In this document: positions 59,238 to 64,000 of the stretch, in pieces
How the letters are laid out: each line of letters begins with the position of its first letter
Position numbering within the stretch: position 1 is the first letter of the stretch
NCBI GenBank assembly: GCA_963817375.1
Contig: CAWFOB010000006.1
Location: 285,208 to 349,207 of the forward strand
DNA: 64,000 nt
Source of the DNA: an uncultured Thermoleophilia bacterium
GTDB taxonomy: Bacteria > Actinomycetota > Thermoleophilia > Gaiellales > Gaiellaceae
Direction of reading: 5' to 3'
Notes under the pieces: model-generated
Told to the model about the DNA's origin: nothing
The model's database searches: none
The model's input: the letters and a program-made list of their open reading frames with translations, nothing else
Made by a program: the position numbers and the translations under genes

Positions 59238-60428
59238 TCAGCGGACGTCGCCCTTGCCGTCGCGCTTCGCGCGGTACAGGGCGTCGTCCGCGCGCTGGAA
59301 GAATGACTGGGCGTCGTCGTCGCGGGTGACCTCGGCGACGCCGCCCGACATGCTCACCGTCTGGCCGCCGGCAAGCGGGCGGGCGTTGAGCGCCGCGAGC
59401 AGGCGAGCGTAGAGCTGCTCGGCGTCCTGGACGGTCGACTCCGGGAGCACCACCGCGAGCTCGTCGCCGCCGACGCGGCAGGCGATGTCGGCCGAGCGCA
59501 GGGTCTCGCGCACGCGCCCGCCGATGTCGGCGAGCACGGCATCCCCGCCCAGGTGCCCGACGCGGTCATTGATCTGCTTGAAGTCGTCGAGGTCGAGGAG
59601 CAGCAGCGCCAGGCCGCGCTCGTAGCGCTTGGCGCGCGCGATCTCGCGCTCGAGCACCTCGTCGAAGTAGCGGCGGTTGTGCAGCCCGGTGAGCGCGTCC
59701 ATCTCGGCGAGCTGGCGCGCCTCGAGGTAGCGCGTGGCGTTCTCGATCGCCGGGCCGGCCGTCGCGGCCAGCTCCTCCAGCAGCTGCACCTCCTCGGAGG
59801 CGGCGTCGCGCTCCCGCCCGCGCCAGAAGACGGCGAGCGTGCCGATGAACTGCTCGCGCAGCCCAACCAGCGGCACCATCAGCCCGCCGCGGATGAGGTT
59901 GCCGTCACGGCCGGCGTCCGCCTCCGCGTAGCGGTAGCTGAGCGACACGGCGCGCGGCTGCTGGCTCTCCGGCGGCGGCGCGATCGGCTGGCTCAGCGCC
60001 TCCTCGCGGCTCATGCCGTGCGTGGCGACGAGCGGGCCCTCGCCCGCCTGCGGGAGCACGATCATGGCCGAGTCGATGCCGGAGAGCCCCTGCGCGGCCT
60101 CGAGTGTCCGCCCGAGCACGTCGTCGAGGTCGAGGGCGCCGGACAGCTGCACGACGAAACGGGCGCGCCTGTTCTGGTACTCGGCCCGCTCGAGCGCCTG
60201 CGACAGCTCGCGCACCCTCGACTCGAGCTGGGCCTCGCCCTCGGCGAACGGCTGCAGCTGCCCCGGCGCCTCTACGACGGCAGGCACCGGCGCCGGCGAC
60301 GGGTTCGGCCGGTCGCTCTCACGCGCGCGCGCGGGCGCCTCGCGCGGGCGCCGCAGCGCGAGCAGGACGACCAGCACGACGACGAGCGTCGCCAGCGCGG
60401 CGGTTACCGCTGCCAGCGCCGTTGTCAC
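59238..60428 (-). CDS. Membrane-anchored GAF-GGDEF diguanylate cyclase-like protein (GGDEL variant, RxxD I-site present)
   Basis: GTG 60428 is preceded by AGGAG at a spacing of 6 nt; the literal ORF extends to 60563. DALTGLHNRRYF, LLLLDLDDFKQINDRVGHLGGD, RSADIACRVGGDELAV. Confidence 0.85.
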   Translation of the reverse strand: MTTALAAVTAALATLVVVLVVLLALRRPREAPARARESDRPNPSPAPVPAVVEAPGQLQPFAEGEAQLESRVRELSQALERAEYQNRRARFVVQLSGALDLDDVLGRTLEAAQGLSGIDSAMIVLPQAGEGPLVATHGMSREEALSQPIAPPPESQQPRAVSLSYRYAEADAGRDGNLIRGGLMVPLVGLREQFIGTLAVFWRGRERDAASEEVQLLEELAATAGPAIENATRYLEARQLAEMDALTGLHNRRYFDEVLEREIARAKRYERGLALLLLDLDDFKQINDRVGHLGGDAVLADIGGRVRETLRSADIACRVGGDELAVVLPESTVQDAEQLYARLLAALNARPLAGGQTVSMSGGVAEVTRDDDAQSFFQRADDALYRAKRDGKGDVR

Positions 60429-60714
60429 GGCGTACTCCTGTCTTCGCAGGTGTCTGCCTGCGCACGCATTTCCGGCCCCCCCAGAAAAGCTCTGCCCCAA
60501 GCCATTGCCCACAAGGCTCGTGTCCTCACTGTAGTCGGCCAGTCGCCCTCTTTCATCCCCCATGGCACCAGGCGCGATTCACGCTTGCCGAGCGGGTTTG
60601 CGGCTCCCTCGGCCGTTCGCTACCATGCCGCAGGTGGTTGGCAGGGCCTGCCCCTGCCGACCTTCTTTGTGTGTAGGAAGACCCTCGACCGTCTGGGAGA
60701 CCAGGAGACAACCA

Positions 60715-61089
60715 GTGCCGACTGTTAACCAGCTTGTGCGCAAGGGCCGCAAGGCCGCGCGGGAGAAGACGAAGACCCCGGCCCTTCAGGGGTCGCCGCA
60801 GCGCCGCGGCGTCTGCACGCGCGTCTTCACGCGCACGCCCAAGAAGCCGAACTCGGCGCTCCGCAAGGCTGCGCGCATCCGGCTCACGAACGGCGTGGAG
60901 ATCACCGCGTACATCCCGGGCGAGGGCCACAACCTGCAGGAGCACTCGGTCGTGCTCGTGCGCGGCGGGCGCGTCAAGGACCTGCCGGGCATCCGCTACA
61001 AGGTCATCCGCGCGGCGCTCGACGCCGCCGGGGTCACCGACCGCCGCCAGGGCCGCTCGAAGTACGGCGCGAAGAGGCCCACGAGCTGA
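60715..61089 (+). CDS. rpsL: 30S ribosomal protein S12
   Basis: GTG start inside ORF 60562..61089. [51 protein letters not shown].... Confidence 0.97.
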   Translation: MPTVNQLVRKGRKAAREKTKTPALQGSPQRRGVCTRVFTRTPKKPNSALRKAARIRLTNGVEITAYIPGEGHNLQEHSVVLVRGGRVKDLPGIRYKVIRAALDAAGVTDRRQGRSKYGAKRPTS

Positions 61090-61559
61090 TGCCGCGCCGC
61101 GCCGACATCGAGCCGCGGACCGTGACGGCGGACCCGGTGCACAACTCCGTCCTTGTCCAGCAGGTGATCAACCGCGTCATGCTCGACGGGAAGAAGAGCG
61201 TCGCCGAGACGCTTGTCTACTCCGCGCTGGACACCATCGGCGAGCGCAGCGGCCGGCCGCCGGTCGAGGCGCTCGAGCAGGCGATCAAGACCGTGACCCC
61301 CGTGCTCGAGGTGCGCTCGCGCCGCGTCGGCGGGGCGAACTACCAGGTTCCCGTGGAGGTGCCGCAGCGCCGCGCCCGCACGCTCGCCGTGCGCTGGATC
61401 GTGGAGAACGCGCGCAAGCGCCGCGAGAAGGGAATGGACGAGAAGCTCGCAGGCGAGCTCCTCGACGCGCTGAACCAGCAGGGCGGCGCGTTCAAGCAGA
61501 AGGACGATCAGTACCGGATGGCGCAGGCGAACAAGGCCTTCGCGCACTACCGCTGGTAG
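61089..61559 (+). CDS. rpsG: 30S ribosomal protein S7
   Basis: ATGA overlap with rps[41 protein letters not shown].... Confidence 0.97.
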   Translation: MPRRADIEPRTVTADPVHNSVLVQQVINRVMLDGKKSVAETLVYSALDTIGERSGRPPVEALEQAIKTVTPVLEVRSRRVGGANYQVPVEVPQRRARTLAVRWIVENARKRREKGMDEKLAGELLDALNQQGGAFKQKDDQYRMAQANKAFAHYRW

Positions 61560-61582
61560 GCAGTCCGGAGAGAAAGAGAGAG

Positions 61583-63676
61583 ATGTCGAACGTTGCAACC
61601 AAGACGGAGGTCGGGCTCGACCGCGTCCGGAACATCGGGATCATGGCCCACATCGATGCGGGCAAGACCACGACGACCGAGCGCATCCTCTATTACACGG
61701 GCCGCACCCACAAGATGGGCGAGGTCCACGAGGGCGCCGCGACGATGGACTGGATGGCGCAGGAGCAGGAGCGCGGCATCACCATCACGTCGGCCGCGAC
61801 GACCGCGTTCTGGCGCGACCACCGGATCAACATCATCGACACCCCGGGACACGTCGACTTCACCGTCGAGGTGGAGCGCAGCCTGCGCGTGCTCGACGGC
61901 GCCATCGCCGTCTTCGACTCGGTCGCCGGCGTTGAGCCGCAGTCCGAGACCGTGTGGCGCCAGGCCGACCACTACAAGGTTCCCCGGATCGCGTTCATCA
62001 ACAAGATGGACCGCACCGGCGCGGACTTCTTCGCCGCCGTGCAGTCCATGATCGACCGCCTCGGCGCCCACCCGGTGCCGGTCCAGCTGCCGCTGGGCCA
62101 GGAGGAGCACTTCCGCGGCGTCATCGACCTGATCGAGATGAAGGCGGTCGTCTACTCGGACGCGCTCGGCACCGAGTACGCCACCGAGGAGATCCCCGAG
62201 GAGCTGCGCGAGCAGGCCGAGGAGTACCACCACCAGCTGATCGACTCGGTCGCCGACCACGACGACGAGCTGACGGAGACGTACCTGGAGGACGAGTCGA
62301 AGGTGACGCCCGAGATGCTGCGCCGCGCGCTCCGCGCAGCCACGCTCGACATCACTGTCACGCCCGTGCTCGCCGGCTCGGCGTTCAAGAACAAGGGCGT
62401 GCAGCCGTTGCTGGACGCCGTCATCGACTACCTGCCGAGCCCGCTGGACGTGCCGCCGATCCACGGCATCGACCCGCGCACCGAGCACGAGCTCTCACGC
62501 CGGGCGGCGGTGGACGAGCCGTTTGCCGCGCTCGCCTTCAAGGTCATGACCGACCCGTACGTCGGCAAGCTGACGTACTTCCGCGTCTACTCCGGCCAGG
62601 TCAAGGCGGGCGACCGCGTCGTCAACACGACGAACGGCCGCACCGAGCGCATCGGCCGCATCCTCCAGATGCACGCCAACCACCGCGAGGAGCGCGACTC
62701 GATCGGCGCGGGCGAGATCGCCGCGGCCGTCGGCCTGAAGCAGACGACGACCGGCGACACACTCGCCATCGACACGGCGCCGATCGTGCTCGAGTCGATG
62801 ACGTTTCCCGAGCCCGTGATTGCCGTTGCAATTGAGCCGAAGACGAAAGGCGACCAGGACAAGCTCGGCGCAGCGCTCCAGCGCCTGTCGGAGGAGGACC
62901 CGACTTTCCGAGTGCAGACCGACGAGGAGACCGGGCAGACGCTCATCTCCGGGATGGGCGAGCTGCACCTAGAGATCATCGTCGACCGCCTCATGCGCGA
63001 GTTCAAGGTGGACGCCAACGTCGGGCGGCCGCAGGTCGCCTACCGCGAGACGGTCGGCAAGCGGGTCGAGAAGATCCGCGGTCGCTTCGTCCGCCAGACC
63101 GGCGGCCGCGGGCAGTACGGGGATGCCACGATCAACATGGAGCCGGCCGGCCCCGGCGAGGGCTACGAGTTCATCGACCGGATCACCGGCGGCACGATTC
63201 CCAAGGAGTACATCCCGTCGATCGACGTCGGGATCCAGGAGGCGATGGAGTCGGGCATCCTGGCAGGGTTCCCGGTCGTGGACGTGCGCATCGAGCTCGT
63301 CGACGGCTCCTACCACGACGTCGACTCGAGCGAGATGGCGTTCAAGGTGGCGGGCTCCATGGCCTTCAAGGAGGGCATGAAGCGCGCGAGCCCGAAGCTG
63401 CTCGAGCCGATGATGGCGGTCGAGGTCGTGACGCCCGAGGAGTACCTCGGCGATGTCATGGGCGACCTCAACTCGCGGCGCGGGCGCGTCGAGGGCCTCG
63501 AGCCGCGCGGGAACGCGCAGGCGATCAAGGCGCACGTCCCGCTCGCCACCATGTTCGGCTACGCGACCGACCTGCGCTCGACGACGCAGGGCCGGGCCAC
63601 GTTCACCATGCAGTTCGACCGGTACGAGGAAGTGCCGCAGTCGATTGCGGGCGAGATCGTCGCCGCCCAGACCTAA
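61583..63676 (+). CDS. fusA: Elongation factor G
   Basis: Internal ATG of ORF 60734..63676. [25 protein letters not shown]...DTPGHVDF...NKMD. 697 aa. Confidence 0.98.
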   Translation: MSNVATKTEVGLDRVRNIGIMAHIDAGKTTTTERILYYTGRTHKMGEVHEGAATMDWMAQEQERGITITSAATTAFWRDHRINIIDTPGHVDFTVEVERSLRVLDGAIAVFDSVAGVEPQSETVWRQADHYKVPRIAFINKMDRTGADFFAAVQSMIDRLGAHPVPVQLPLGQEEHFRGVIDLIEMKAVVYSDALGTEYATEEIPEELREQAEEYHHQLIDSVADHDDELTETYLEDESKVTPEMLRRALRAATLDITVTPVLAGSAFKNKGVQPLLDAVIDYLPSPLDVPPIHGIDPRTEHELSRRAAVDEPFAALAFKVMTDPYVGKLTYFRVYSGQVKAGDRVVNTTNGRTERIGRILQMHANHREERDSIGAGEIAAAVGLKQTTTGDTLAIDTAPIVLESMTFPEPVIAVAIEPKTKGDQDKLGAALQRLSEEDPTFRVQTDEETGQTLISGMGELHLEIIVDRLMREFKVDANVGRPQVAYRETVGKRVEKIRGRFVRQTGGRGQYGDATINMEPAGPGEGYEFIDRITGGTIPKEYIPSIDVGIQEAMESGILAGFPVVDVRIELVDGSYHDVDSSEMAFKVAGSMAFKEGMKRASPKLLEPMMAVEVVTPEEYLGDVMGDLNSRRGRVEGLEPRGNAQAIKAHVPLATMFGYATDLRSTTQGRATFTMQFDRYEEVPQSIAGEIVAAQT

Positions 63677-63699
63677 ACGGAAGGATTGACGGAGGAGAG

Positions 63700-64000
<301 letters not shown>

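Noticed and set aside
60734-61582. Long N-terminal extension of the fusA ORF. Analogous upstream extensions occur in ORFs 6176.., 11653.., 13848.., 35667.., 20391..21587 and 21050..21664.
   Set aside because: The upstream parts are Arg-rich and overlap bona fide genes (rpsL and rpsG for the fusA ORF) in other frames. Conserved N-termini with SD sequences identify the internal starts that I used.

Overview
This is a visibly very GC-rich, Actinobacteria-like chromosomal segment. Long Arg/Ala/Gly-rich shadow ORFs occur on every strand, so I called genes from motifs, start/stop coupling and third-position GC judged by eye. There are three blocks. (1) 0-28.3 kb holds the tail of a TadG-like vWA gene, three consecutive beta-propeller proteins (PQQ-, NHL- and BNR-type), a MoaD/ThiS-like GG protein, tRNA-Tyr and a geranylgeranyl-reductase-family flavoprotein. 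It then holds a type IV pilus (T4P) system split into two clusters. Cluster 1 (6776-16926, + strand) is pilT-like ATPase, SLT+NlpC/P60 hydrolase, PASTA protein, minor pilin, three giant PilX_N-like paralogues, and pilD. Cluster 2 (19261-28252) is three pilin genes plus a Trx-like membrane protein on the - strand, then pilT-pilM-pilN-pilO-PilP-like-minor pilin-pilC on the + strand. A 2.3 kb island of atypical composition separates the two clusters. (2) 28.3-40.2 kb holds a tightly packed minus-strand block: hyuA, hyuB, an ABC-2 exporter with two apparent frame disruptions, a Tyr-phosphatase and a HAD hydrolase. This is followed by an AlkA-like glycosylase, an L,D-transpeptidase, tRNA-Met and a GH5-like membrane-anchored protein. 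(3) 40.2-64 kb holds the conserved core rpmG-secE-nusG-rplK-rplA-rplJ-rplL, rpoB-rpoC and rpsL-rpsG-fusA-tuf (3' truncated). The two usual linkages, rplL-rpoB and rpoC-rpsL, are both interrupted by extra genes and by copies of a GGGGCTGTCCCC-box repeat family. My best candidates for undescribed biology are the three paralogous giant PilX_N-type proteins inside a T4P locus that lacks a PilB-type ATPase and a secretin in this window, and the nested repeat element in front of rpoB. I saw no CRISPR array, transposase, integrase or rRNA.
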